IMG/VR virus record: IMGVR_UViG_3300037587_000312
Span: 32,552 to 96,551 of that record
Source of the DNA: a virus
Taxonomy: Duplodnaviria; Heunggongvirae; Uroviricota; Caudoviricetes
Reading direction: 5' to 3' (one strand)
DNA: 64,000 nucleotides
Of this stretch, positions 45,480-54,819 are shown in pieces. Under the pieces are notes generated by a model. It worked only from the letters and a program-made list of their open reading frames with translations, searched no databases and was not told where the DNA came from. The position numbers and the translations under genes are program-made. Position 1 is the first letter of the stretch. The number at the start of each line of letters is the position of its first letter.

Positions 45480-45785
45480 ATGAATAAGCCTTGGCCTTGG
45501 CCCCAATTCCACTGTGGCGTGAAGAAAGGAGAGATGTCTGTGATAAGTGCTGGCAAAGGAGTAGGGAGAACTATGAACAAAGCTGAACAATTGGAAAGCG
45601 TAGTGGGTGAAGATATTATGACCCTCGCAGAACGGGCTACATTCGATTCTGTGGCTACTGGTATCTGTATGAACGAAGGGTGTGACTATACCACTGAAGT
45701 CGAGCCAGACGCATCTGAGGGGCATTGTGAAGAGTGTAGAACACCTACCGTCATGTCATGTTTAGTACTATTGGGGATTATCTAA
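45480..45785 (+). CDS. zinc-ribbon protein (paralog of 46873..47190)
   Basis: GICMNEGCDYT...CEECRTPTVMSCLVLLG. Confidence 0.3.
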   Translation: MNKPWPWPQFHCGVKKGEMSVISAGKGVGRTMNKAEQLESVVGEDIMTLAERATFDSVATGICMNEGCDYTTEVEPDASEGHCEECRTPTVMSCLVLLGII

Positions 45786-45794
45786 GGGGTATTT

Positions 45795-46139
45795 ATGTTT
45801 TTCGGTAAATCAAAAAGGATTAAGGAACTAGAGGAAGAACTTAAGAGGACGGCGCTAGGAGAAGCCACCTTCCGAGATCACTGGTTGACTGCTAAATATA
45901 GATTGGATGAGGCTCATAAACTCCTTGAGAATGTAACTGATCGTATAGATGAATTAGATCTCTGGGACTACATGCAGGGGCGTGGTGAGAGACCACCCGA
46001 GAAAGAACAACCTATTTCTTTTAATGAACAAGTCTTGAAACGGTTAATACGCCTCTGTCATCCCGATAAGCACGGAGATAGTAAAATGTCTACCGATATG
46101 ACCAAATATCTACTGGATCTGCGTAAAACAGTTAAATAG
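45795..46139 (+). CDS. J-domain (DnaJ-like) protein
   Basis: LIRLCHPDKHGD contains the HPD tripeptide in J-domain context. Confidence 0.45.
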   Translation: MFFGKSKRIKELEEELKRTALGEATFRDHWLTAKYRLDEAHKLLENVTDRIDELDLWDYMQGRGERPPEKEQPISFNEQVLKRLIRLCHPDKHGDSKMSTDMTKYLLDLRKTVK

Positions 46140-46153
46140 AAAGGAGAAATCAA

Positions 46154-46609
46154 ATGAGTAAATTCAATGCAGGGGATAAAATTCGTCTTTTGGAGACCCC
46201 GATGGGTGCTATGGATATCGGAGATATTGTTACAGTGAAACGTTATGTAGCAGATGACTCTTTTCATATCAAGGAGAAGGTAGGAGATCGTGATCCGTAT
46301 ATCTTCGGAGATAAGTTCTTTGAATTAGTTGAACCAGCTACTGCTGCTCGTGATGAGATTGTAAGGATAATGCTGGCTGTTATGGGAGGAGACCGCGTAG
46401 GGTATGGGGATTTATCTTACAGCGATCTTGTGTCTCCCGACAACTCTATCAGTAGAGCTGCACACCATCTCAATGAGGCGCTTAAGTCTCTGTATGGTGG
46501 GAATGAGTATACCCTTGAATCAGAGGATATTGAAAAGGTTAAACAGGGGAAAGCAACTGCTATTCAAGAACAAATCAATGAACTGCAGGCTCAATTACTG
46601 GAACTTTAA
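46154..46609 (+). CDS. hypothetical protein (KOW/SH3-like FNAGDKI N-terminus)
   Basis: ORF. Confidence 0.3.
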   Translation: MSKFNAGDKIRLLETPMGAMDIGDIVTVKRYVADDSFHIKEKVGDRDPYIFGDKFFELVEPATAARDEIVRIMLAVMGGDRVGYGDLSYSDLVSPDNSISRAAHHLNEALKSLYGGNEYTLESEDIEKVKQGKATAIQEQINELQAQLLEL

Positions 46610-46610
46610 T

Positions 46611-46913
46611 ATGGAAACAAACAGCACAGCGCAAGAAACACTGACAATGGAGAAATTCCTTTCTATTGTTGATGAGATCAATGCGGATGACCTCAAGAGG
46701 CAACAAGCACTCCAAGAAGCTCTCAGCAGGGCAGGAATAGACGTTGATCTATCTACCCATACCGTTATGGTAGGAATGGACCTAGAGTGTCTTGCAGTCC
46801 ACCCTGAGATCACCTGTAGTAAGTTACTTGGACCTAATCAGGTAATACTCTTGCCTACCCCAAAAAGTTACTTTGATGATATATTCGATGCGGGAGGTTC
46901 TATTGGCTGGTGA
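46611..46913 (+). CDS. hypothetical protein
   Basis: ATG 46611 in the same frame as table ORF 46404..46913. Confidence 0.3.
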   Translation: METNSTAQETLTMEKFLSIVDEINADDLKRQQALQEALSRAGIDVDLSTHTVMVGMDLECLAVHPEITCSKLLGPNQVILLPTPKSYFDDIFDAGGSIGW

Positions 46914-47190
46914 ACTAGGTAAGGCACTCGAGCTGTCACATAAACTGAAAAAGACTGTCGGTGATTTAGTGGCGGCGGGGCTTATATCTGGGAAGCCTCA
47001 GGGGATCTGTTTGAATACTAACTGTGAATTCACCGTACAACTGCCTGAGAGGACAGAGACAAGGTATTGCCCCCTGTGTAAGACTGCTACAGTACAGGAT
47101 GTACTAACCTTGTGTGTGCTACCTGAGGGAGCTTCAGGGACTAGCTACGGGGAACCACCAAAGAAGAAAAACAAGTGGAGATCTAGATAG
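46873..47190 (+). CDS. zinc-ribbon protein (paralog of 45480..45785)
   Basis: GICLNTNCEFT...CPLCKTATVQDVLTLCVLPEG. Confidence 0.3.
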   Translation: MMIYSMREVLLAGELGKALELSHKLKKTVGDLVAAGLISGKPQGICLNTNCEFTVQLPERTETRYCPLCKTATVQDVLTLCVLPEGASGTSYGEPPKKKNKWRSR

Positions 47191-47277
47191 CTTTTTCGTT
47201 CTGAGATCTAGATAGGTATTTCGTTTGGGAAAAGTGAAAGCATAAAATAAGCCGTGGATCTAGATGGCTTTTTCGTT
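47181..47277. repeat. three direct copies of palindrome-containing ~20-bp repeat ATCTAGATRGSTWTTTCGTT(T) in a GATC-rich segment
   Basis: Copies at 47181-47200, 47206-47226 and 47258-47277. Each has the palindrome ATCTAGAT. Four GATC within ~110 bp. Confidence 0.5.
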
Positions 47278-47817
47278 TGAGGGATCTGTAAATTTGTACA
47301 GAATACAGTTTCCGTATATACACCCTATTCCAACCATTTCACTCGGGTATAATACGAAACTTTTTCCCCTCACAAGAAACACCTTATAAATCAATCATAT
47401 AGTCTGGCGTGATATCAAAACAGGATACATTTATTTCATGAATAGGTAATTTTACCTACAGAAAAATCTGCCGGATAATAACCCACCAAAAAGATAAGGT
47501 ACTATTCCGCTGTTTCTTGCTTATGCTTTCAAGTTATAAAAGAGCGAGCAATATATAATTTATTTACATATTGCCCGTATACAATAACAAACCAAAATTT
47601 TGACGCCCTAACGTTTTTTTATGACATTTTGATCTATACAACCAAACTTTTAGTTATATGACAATTATCAAATTATTTCGGATACAACGGCAATTTCCTA
47701 GCAGGTATCATGCCAACTCTTCGGACTATTAAAAATCCGCATGTTAAAAGTTTCAAAGTGAATCAAATTAATAAACAGCGGATTTGCTCTTTTGAGGGCA
47801 AAATTTATCGATTACAC

Positions 47818-47847
47818 GCCCTCTAATTTGCCCCGTATCAATCAATC
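47818..47847. repeat. ~30-bp direct repeat A (GCCCTCTAATTTGCCCCGTATCAATCAATC), followed by gcTATAGG at 47864-47871
   Basis: Imperfect copies at 51838-51863 and 52053-52079. Confidence 0.45.
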
Positions 47848-48177
47848 TTTTTCGGCTTGCCTTGCTATAGGTAAAATTCGAGACGCCTTAGCGGCTATTC
47901 TAGGCCATACCAGATCGATATAAGAGAATCCTAATATACACCTAAAATGAAATAAATTTGTACTATTCGAAAAAGTGTGTTATCACGCGCACGCGGTCTA
48001 TCTATAGTTAAAAATCACCCTCTAAAATTAATTTCCCCTATATGGTTGCAATGCTCTGAAATAGGACTAGTATTCATTTCAACAACGGGGCGAGGCTTAA
48101 GCCTAATCCCCTAGGGATTAACCCTAAAACGCTTTTTAACAAAATGACTTTTAACACTTTGTTGATTTAACATCATA

Positions 48178-48200
48178 GCCGCTAGAAATAGCGGTTATTT
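48178..48200 (+). promoter_or_regulatory. AATAGCGG-family hairpin 1 (ccgcta-gaaa-tagcgg + TTATTT), terminator-like
   Basis: One of three related hairpins confined to the 48-51 kb cassette. Confidence 0.35.
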
Positions 48201-48384
48201 GTAAACCAACCAAGCGAGAGTAAAACAATGTCTATATACAGGCGTCGTCAGGCAAAGATAAACCGACACAATATGATCGTTTTAGCATGGTCCCTAGTGT
48301 TGTTACCACTTGCCGCTTTTCTTTCTTATGCGGTTGGTCTATCACTAGTTAGCTAACAACAACCCACAATAAATAGGCTACACA

Positions 48385-48699
48385 ATGGCACAATATAAAA
48401 AGATTGTTGATATATGGCCAATTACAACCGCTATCATGGCGGGTAAAATCAAACTGCAATCAGGTCAACCAATCAGGTGCGGTTGTGATAAAAACGGCTG
48501 TATCAGTGTTTTCGACTATGCCACGCCGACATATATCCGCGCTTTTCATGGCGGTAATTACAGGCAAGCGAGGGCAAAGTATCTCAGCGTTAAACGAACC
48601 GAGCGTATCAATACAGCCGCAGTTGCTGGCAAGTTTCCGAAACACTTAATACATGCTGCGCATATGCATAGTATGCGAATGTTTCAACCGATCAACTAA
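48385..48699 (+). CDS. hypothetical protein (cassette gene 1)
   Basis: ORF after a 1.2-kb ORF-free leader. Confidence 0.3.
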   Translation: MAQYKKIVDIWPITTAIMAGKIKLQSGQPIRCGCDKNGCISVFDYATPTYIRAFHGGNYRQARAKYLSVKRTERINTAAVAGKFPKHLIHAAHMHSMRMFQPIN

Positions 48700-48759
48700 A
48701 GGGCGGCTTTAGCCGTCGATATAATCGACCCCGTAAACGGGGCTAAACAGGCCGACATA

Positions 48760-48894
48760 ATGAAGCGTTTTATTGATACCAAAATAAAAGAGTATTTAAA
48801 AAAGCGTTATCATCAGCAAATTAATAAGGGATTGATAAGCGAGCAAGTTTACAGTGCTTTAATTAATCGCCTTCAATATGTCCGTTTCATCTAA
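48760..48894 (+). CDS. hypothetical small protein (44 aa)
   Basis: Short ORF below cutoff. Confidence 0.2.
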   Translation: MKRFIDTKIKEYLKKRYHQQINKGLISEQVYSALINRLQYVRFI

Positions 48895-48913
48895 TCAAAA
48901 AGGTAAACAAATC

Positions 48914-49000
48914 ATGAATAAGCCAAACAAAGCCGAACGCAAAGTAATTAAACAAAACCGCGACAACCGTAAAAATGCACGGGGTCGTCAGTGGGTTTAA
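48914..49000 (+). CDS. small basic protein ending NRKNARGRQWV (28 aa)
   Basis: C-terminal motif shared with 37706..37843. Confidence 0.3.
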   Translation: MNKPNKAERKVIKQNRDNRKNARGRQWV

Positions 49001-49010
49001 AGGTTTAAAT

Positions 49011-49037
49011 AATAGCGGTTTGAATAAAGCCGCTATT
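49011..49037 (+). promoter_or_regulatory. AATAGCGG-family hairpin 2 (aatagcgg...ccgctatt)
   Basis: 8-10 bp inverted repeat immediately after the small ORF. Confidence 0.35.
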
Positions 49038-49078
49038 GATAAACTAAATAACCAAAATCATTAATAACAGGTGATACC

Positions 49079-49468
49079 ATGTCAAAAGCAATTGAATTAA
49101 CCTTTACGCAATGCAAACAGCTAATCGAAAAAGATATTGATTTGCGTGATTTTATCGAGTCAATCGAAAATCAACCCACCTTTATTAAATCGATGGGGGC
49201 GATTGATTCAATCAGCGAATTACAGGCCATTCAAGAGGGCGGCTGTGCAAGCGGGGCGTATATGCCAGCCGTTACTTACCATACTGCTAATAAGTGCATG
49301 ACGGATCATAGCGACGAGGTAGAAACCTTACTAGTACAGCACGGCGTCGAAGCCTTTACGTTTAACCCTGAAACAGATTCATGGTACTGCTTTGCTTCGA
49401 AGCTTGTATCCGCTGCCGTCGAATTGTGGGTCAATCAATTCGATCTAGATGGGGTCGATTGGGACTAA
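49079..49468 (+). CDS. hypothetical acidic protein (cassette gene)
   Basis: RBS aggtgataccATG. Confidence 0.35.
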   Translation: MSKAIELTFTQCKQLIEKDIDLRDFIESIENQPTFIKSMGAIDSISELQAIQEGGCASGAYMPAVTYHTANKCMTDHSDEVETLLVQHGVEAFTFNPETDSWYCFASKLVSAAVELWVNQFDLDGVDWD

Positions 49469-49551
49469 TGAAAAAGATCATCAAAGGGGCGTCAATTTTC
49501 GCCCTCTCTTTTATCTGGTTTTGTTCAATAATTTATTTTGGAGTTTAGATC

Positions 49552-49821
49552 ATGCGCGTACTAGGAATTCATTTAACAGCTGAGCAACAAAAACAGGTTT
49601 TATCCTCTTATACCTATCGTTACACTGGGGACAATAAGCCGAGCTGGGCAAATGCTGAATGGAAAAATGGCCAGCCATACCCGTTACAGTTTAAAGATGA
49701 TCAGGATTGGTTGGCCAATACGGATTTTAATGTTACTCAAAAGGGTAAATTATCCCTTACTGATACTGACTGCTATAGCCGTCAAACATGGCCAAACAAC
49801 CCTGAATTAAGAAAAGGTTAA
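49552..49821 (+). CDS. hypothetical protein
   Basis: RBS ggagtttagatcATG. Confidence 0.3.
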   Translation: MRVLGIHLTAEQQKQVLSSYTYRYTGDNKPSWANAEWKNGQPYPLQFKDDQDWLANTDFNVTQKGKLSLTDTDCYSRQTWPNNPELRKG

Positions 49822-49825
49822 AATC

Positions 49826-50032
49826 ATGCGAATATCTAAATTAACCGCTAAGCAATTAAACGAACTGCAAAACGAAAAATATATTGATATTGAATATAAA
49901 GGAAACGAATTCCGAATAGTAAAGCGAGGCGATATACTAACACCGTTTAAAGTTTACGATTTTAGCAATGACGGCGTTTATTCGGCGGCTAATTTATCAG
50001 ACATTAAATTTTACATTTGTGATCTGATTTAA
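49826..50032 (+). CDS. hypothetical protein
   Basis: ORF. Confidence 0.3.
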   Translation: MRISKLTAKQLNELQNEKYIDIEYKGNEFRIVKRGDILTPFKVYDFSNDGVYSAANLSDIKFYICDLI

Positions 50033-50035
50033 AGT

Positions 50036-50074
50036 TTTATTAATAGCGGTTTTGATTAAAGCCGTTATTAATAA
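50036..50074 (+). promoter_or_regulatory. AATAGCGG-family hairpin 3 (13-bp stem ttattaatagcgg / ccgttattaataa)
   Basis: Long inverted repeat between cassette ORFs. Confidence 0.35.
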
Positions 50075-50105
50075 AACAAACCAAAACAGAATAGAGAATC
50101 GAATT

Positions 50106-50798
50106 ATGATCATTGCAACCATTAAGCAAGCCAAGCTAGTAAGCGGCGTCGTTACAGCTGGGAATTCAAAGGTGCATGGTTCGACTTTTTCAGTTGACCC
50201 TACGCAATGCAAAGTCGGTAGCAAGCTAGCAAAGATTAAAGGGAGTACATGCTCAAAATGTTACGCGATTAAATTGAGCCGGGTTTATCCTACTGCGTTA
50301 AAAAGCTGGTCTGATAACCTAGCTATTTTTAATACTCACAAGAAAGTCGATACCCTAGACCATTGGGCAAAAGGTATAGCAAAACAAATAACCCAACATA
50401 GCCAACGCAAAGCCAAAAAGGGTATCGATGGGGCGCGGTATCATAGATGGTTTGCAGCTGGGGATTTATCTTGTATTGATATGCTCAGAGCTATTGTAAA
50501 GGTTGCAGAGCAGACGCCAGACATTAACCATTGGTTACCAACGCGTGAAGCTGGAATCATTCGCCAGTATAAAAACATGCTTGGTACTATCCCTAACAAT
50601 CTGATTATTCGTGTTAGTAGCGCAATGGTAAATGCATCGCCTAACAAGCAATTCAAAAATACCTCAACCGTTCATGGTAAAACAGATAACAAAATAGGCG
50701 CGTTTAGTTGCCCCGCATATGATAACGAAGGGTCTTGTGGTTCCTGTATTAGTTGCTGGGATAAGAAAGTATCAAACGTATCGTATAAACAGCATTAA
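50106..50798 (+). CDS. Cys-rich hypothetical protein (TCSKC, SCPAY, SCGSCISCW motifs)
   Basis: Start moved to ATG 50106 because the upstream part overlaps hairpin 3. Confidence 0.35.
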   Translation: MIIATIKQAKLVSGVVTAGNSKVHGSTFSVDPTQCKVGSKLAKIKGSTCSKCYAIKLSRVYPTALKSWSDNLAIFNTHKKVDTLDHWAKGIAKQITQHSQRKAKKGIDGARYHRWFAAGDLSCIDMLRAIVKVAEQTPDINHWLPTREAGIIRQYKNMLGTIPNNLIIRVSSAMVNASPNKQFKNTSTVHGKTDNKIGAFSCPAYDNEGSCGSCISCWDKKVSNVSYKQH

Positions 50799-50864
50799 GC
50801 TTTAAAAGTATATAGGGCCATTACAGGCGGCCTTATAGCCGCCACAACCAAAAGGATTAAAACC

Positions 50865-51179
50865 ATGCTGTCATATGATGAAGTTTTGAAGCGAGCCATA
50901 ACGTGGTACGTCTTGGCAACATACAACGAAGGCCATCCAAACAACTCAACCGCCTACTCTAAAGCTCATGCTTATATTGATGTTTTGAATCTGCCGTATC
51001 ATAAGTGCTGCGGCATTAAATGCGCCGAAAATTTAAAGGAATATGCAAAGGGTTTAGCTTATGGCTATAAAACTTTTGAGATAATACACGACCACAACCC
51101 ACCAATTATGATAAACGAATATATAAGAGAAAGATTAGATCTGAATTTTTGGGATAACCTAACAAACAAAAAGGTTTAA
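50865..51179 (+). CDS. hypothetical protein
   Basis: RBS aaaggattaaaaccATG. Confidence 0.3.
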   Translation: MLSYDEVLKRAITWYVLATYNEGHPNNSTAYSKAHAYIDVLNLPYHKCCGIKCAENLKEYAKGLAYGYKTFEIIHDHNPPIMINEYIRERLDLNFWDNLTNKKV

Positions 51180-51183
51180 AACT

Positions 51184-51534
51184 ATGTCACATTTAACCGC
51201 TCAATCAAGCTCTGAATTTTCTTTTAAATATATCTGCGCACGTTTAAACAAAAACAACCCTGCTGCTAAGAAAACAATTGAACGGGCTATTAGAAACGCT
51301 AACGACAGCGAAGGTAATTACAGCTGCTCATATAACCAATACGTTGACAAGGAGACAAAGAACGCGGCTTGGTATTCAGTAGCAGACGGCTCGTTTTTCG
51401 GAATTATTGAAGATATGGAAAAAGGTAATTGTAATTCAATGTTTACACCACAACAAATAAACGGGTTTATTAGAGCTTATAACAATGCTGCCGCTATGGC
51501 GTATGGTATGATTAAGGCGAGGGGATTAAAATAA
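51184..51534 (+). CDS. hypothetical protein
   Basis: ORF. Confidence 0.3.
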   Translation: MSHLTAQSSSEFSFKYICARLNKNNPAAKKTIERAIRNANDSEGNYSCSYNQYVDKETKNAAWYSVADGSFFGIIEDMEKGNCNSMFTPQQINGFIRAYNNAAAMAYGMIKARGLK

Positions 51535-51776
51535 TGATTAAACCAACTGTTGAAATTAAATGCACTATCACTTTTTCAGATCTTATAGATTATCTAATGG
51601 CAGCGACTGGCAAAGATTACAGCACAATCGAAAACAGTTTACCGGATTGGATTTATGAGGATAATTATCACCTATCCGCCGATGGTGTTGGCAACTCTGC
51701 TGGCGAATGGTTTAAACCTTTGGGGGAATGGCTTACTAATAATAATATTGAACGTATTTATATGTACCACGATTAA
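51534..51776 (+). CDS. hypothetical protein
   Basis: Start overlaps the previous stop (TAATG). Confidence 0.3.
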   Translation: MIKPTVEIKCTITFSDLIDYLMAATGKDYSTIENSLPDWIYEDNYHLSADGVGNSAGEWFKPLGEWLTNNNIERIYMYHD

Positions 51777-51800
51777 TTAACAATCAATACCAGATATAAA

Positions 51801-51838
51801 GGCTAATCCTAACGGGTTAGCCTTTTTGTCGTTTAGGG
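51801..51838 (+). terminator. rho-independent terminator closing the cassette
   Basis: ggctaatcc-taac-gggttagcc followed by TTTTTGTCGTTT. Confidence 0.55.
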
Positions 51839-51870
51839 CCGTCTAGTTTGCCCCATATCAATCGTATAGG
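51838..51870. repeat. direct repeat B (GCCGTCTAGTTTGCCCCATATCAATCG) fused to cgTATAGGG
   Basis: About 25 of 30 positions match repeat A. Confidence 0.45.
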
Positions 51871-52052
51871 GCCATACCTTGCAAACCATACCACTCAACA
51901 ACGGCATAGCCTTAGCTGTACGCATACAGCCGTATAGAATACGGCGCTATCCCCAGAATCAACCCTTTACAGTATGGACAGCATGAAATGATCATTTATA
52001 TGGTTTCTATTGTCTTCAATGGTCTTTTAAGAGGCTCTATGCACGGGCTAAC

Positions 52053-52152
52053 GCCCTCTAATTTGCCGTGTAGCGGCTGTTTAGCTATAGGGCAATGCAT
52101 TCGTATAGGTACAATTGAACAGGGCTTAGAGGGCGTTATATGGCGTTATAGG
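52053..52152. repeat. direct repeat C (GCCCTCTAATTTGCCGTGTAGCGGCTG) plus three closely spaced (g)cgtTATAGG(g/t) motifs at 52086, 52104, 52147
   Basis: Recurrent TATAGG core with conserved 5' flank. Confidence 0.4.
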
Positions 52153-53390
52153 GTTATTTGTGGCAAGGACATTACATGGTGCATTCTGGCAAGGGTACAT
52201 TGTGGCGGGGCTATATATGGGGTTATATATGGCTTAGATGCTAAACAATCAGAAATTACCACTTCCTTCCTTTAATCGATGTTATTTGATCAATGTTACC
52301 CACAATGGGTGAATGAGTATAATTGGCATAACATATGCATAGTAATCAATCGAATGGATGAATCAGATAATAATGTAATTGTCAACGAATAATAATCCTC
52401 CTAGCAATAGGCATGCCAACATGATCAATCAGGCTGATTGATCTAATGCTACGCATAACCTGTATTATGTTAAATGAGTATTATTGAATGTAATGATTGG
52501 CAAGGGTATCGGGCAAAAGTGATCCATTGATTTAGTTATATCTGAGGGGTGTTCATATGCTAAATCGGTCTTGTGGATATTTTCAAATTCTGGTAAAATA
52601 GAGAGTCGGGCACCAGTTCGTGTCAAGCACCAAAACTGTGGAATTAGGGGAAGCACCCAAATTGTGAAATAGTGGTATAGGCTACTGATCGAGGATATTT
52701 CCTTATCTGAATACTCGGAACTTTATGCCCCGTAAAAGGGGTAGCCGTAGGCTAACAGCTGCGCTGTCATTTCAATGCTGAAGTCCCTCCCAATTTACAA
52801 AATTATGATATTCCACCACATGATCCTGCCTGAGTATCTCCCCAACGTATACTTCCTATAGATACAGATATTTCCCCCATCACAACACCAACAAAGTACC
52901 TCCTAACAAAATCCCACATTAGTTAGGGTAAACATACATCCACACAAATATACACACATCAACACAAAGACACATATCCCTATATTTAATGGATTCGGGG
53001 AGGGTACTATGATCTACCACATCTACGGTGTAACTTTAAACCTAGACCCTATAAACACTCTAAGGAAACAATAACCCCCAACTGTACACTAATAATGAAC
53101 AATAGTAACAAAAGGTATTTGAATCAAAGTCTTACCTAAGAAGAGTTAAAACTTAAGAGTGTTTATAACTAATAGGAATACCTATTCAAAGCTGACGCTT
53201 TAGCCAAGGTCAAGAGCAAAGATCCTAGTCTGCTGACATACGGATCTCCTAGGGTATTTCTTTCTCTCTTTTAATGTTCTTTTAATCTACAGAGTGTAGA
53301 CCTATTGATCTGACGATCAGAAAGGGTATACTATTGTTGGGGAGTGTAACCACACAGATACATTCATGGCAATATTAGAAGTTGCTAATA

Positions 53391-53930
53391 CTAGATATTC
53401 TCGTATAGGGATCTTCCTTCATAAGTATACTCAAGAAGGGCTTTGTAGATAGAGGGTTTCAGTTGGTCCTTATATTCCTCTGCAAGCTTTTTAATATTAG
53501 CTTCTTTCCTGTCTCCATATACTTTAATTTTGTGTGGGTTATCTGTTGTTACTTTTTTATATTTCCCCCTGTAGAGCAGATGATTGGCAAGTGTCGCATT
53601 TATAATCTGTGGAAGAAAGCAACAAGTCTCAGGTGAATATACTTTTACCTTCATACCTGAGAGGAGATCCTTATCTATAGACCAACCCTCTACATAGTTC
53701 TCTAGATACCATCTCCTGAAGTTTTCATACACTAACCACTCATCACAGACAGTTACCTCTAGATATGTAGGGTTCAACAGTGAAAATCTTCTGTCCGTTG
53801 CCCTCTTCATGACACTAGCATACCTACTTTTTATTCTCTTCTCTTCTTTACTCATAACCATATATATTCTCCTCACGTAAAGAAAGGAGCCTATGGCTCC
53901 TTGTATGTGTTCATTCTGGGTAAGGTACAA
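53391..53930 (-). CDS. AP2-domain homing-endonuclease-like protein, paralog 1
   Basis: N-terminal Y..W..M..R and CDEW...F..W motifs, then an AP2-like region. Paralogous to 53911..54690 and 59899..60504. Confidence 0.45.
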   Translation of the reverse strand: MYLTQNEHIQGAIGSFLYVRRIYMVMSKEEKRIKSRYASVMKRATDRRFSLLNPTYLEVTVCDEWLVYENFRRWYLENYVEGWSIDKDLLSGMKVKVYSPETCCFLPQIINATLANHLLYRGKYKKVTTDNPHKIKVYGDRKEANIKKLAEEYKDQLKPSIYKALLEYTYEGRSLYENI

Positions 53931-54690
53931 TCTCCCAGTTCATTAATGTGTTGTAGGCCTGTTCAGAGATATCACCCTGATCGAAGTACTTCTGAGCTAC
54001 CTCTTTGATATACTTTTCCTTGGCTACTTTGTATACTTGGAAAGCTAGTTCAGGTGTATTGAAGTACCCTAGATATTCCGAGCCAGCCCCCCTGTTCAAA
54101 CTAGCTTGGAACTTCTTCTCGTGTTTGGACACACCGATAGGATATTTCCCTCTTTCAGCTCGTCTATTTGTTAAAAGAATATTTATCTCTTTTGGAACAA
54201 ATTCACAGGTCTCAGGTGAATATAATAGGCTCCCCCTAATCCTTAGGTCTTTATCAATATGAAAACCATACCTTGAATTCTCTCCATACCACCTAGCAAA
54301 GTTCTGGAAATTATGCCATTCATTGCAGACTACCACTCCCCTACCACCATACCAGCGATATCCCTTATTTCCCCTGTTATAGCACCTCCTGAATATATTA
54401 TACCACGCATCATATGCAGGGGTATTCTTACCTAGAATTTTTGCGCTATACCGTCCCTCACCTAGGTAGCCCACACCACAAGTGGAAGGTACATACGGGT
54501 CTCTGACCGCCCCACTACGGAGCTGCCCAGCTGTCACTGTGGTTGAATAGCTGGTACAAGAGAATATAACCATTATCTCACCACACCCTTTATAGGAAGT
54601 TACGATACACTTTCCACAATGAACTGTTTCAAATTCATCCCCTACACCAATACCCGGTTTACTCATTGTTCTCCTCACTACCGCCCTCAA
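53911..54690 (-). CDS. AP2-domain homing-endonuclease-like protein, paralog 2
   Basis: TPAYDAWYNIFRRCY...YGGRGVVVCNEWHNFQNFARW, AP2-like GVSKHEKKFQASL...YLGYFNTPELAFQVY. Confidence 0.5.
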   Translation of the reverse strand: MRAVVRRTMSKPGIGVGDEFETVHCGKCIVTSYKGCGEIMVIFSCTSYSTTVTAGQLRSGAVRDPYVPSTCGVGYLGEGRYSAKILGKNTPAYDAWYNIFRRCYNRGNKGYRWYGGRGVVVCNEWHNFQNFARWYGENSRYGFHIDKDLRIRGSLLYSPETCEFVPKEINILLTNRRAERGKYPIGVSKHEKKFQASLNRGAGSEYLGYFNTPELAFQVYKVAKEKYIKEVAQKYFDQGDISEQAYNTLMNWEIVPYPE

Positions 54691-54819
54691 GTGTATATAT
54701 TGCCTCTTTAGACCACTTAAGGATAGTCACAATGTGCTGACGCTCAAGGGTGTCCTCCTGAGTGTTATCCAGCAGCCACTGTATATCCTCATCAACCATC
54801 AAAGCGTATGTGTGTTTTG

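Noticed and set aside
47818-51870. Integrase-dependent integrated element, transposon or satellite
   Set aside because: No integrase, transposase, recombinase or replication initiator is recognisable among the cassette ORFs, so the mobile-element call is kept as a hypothesis only.
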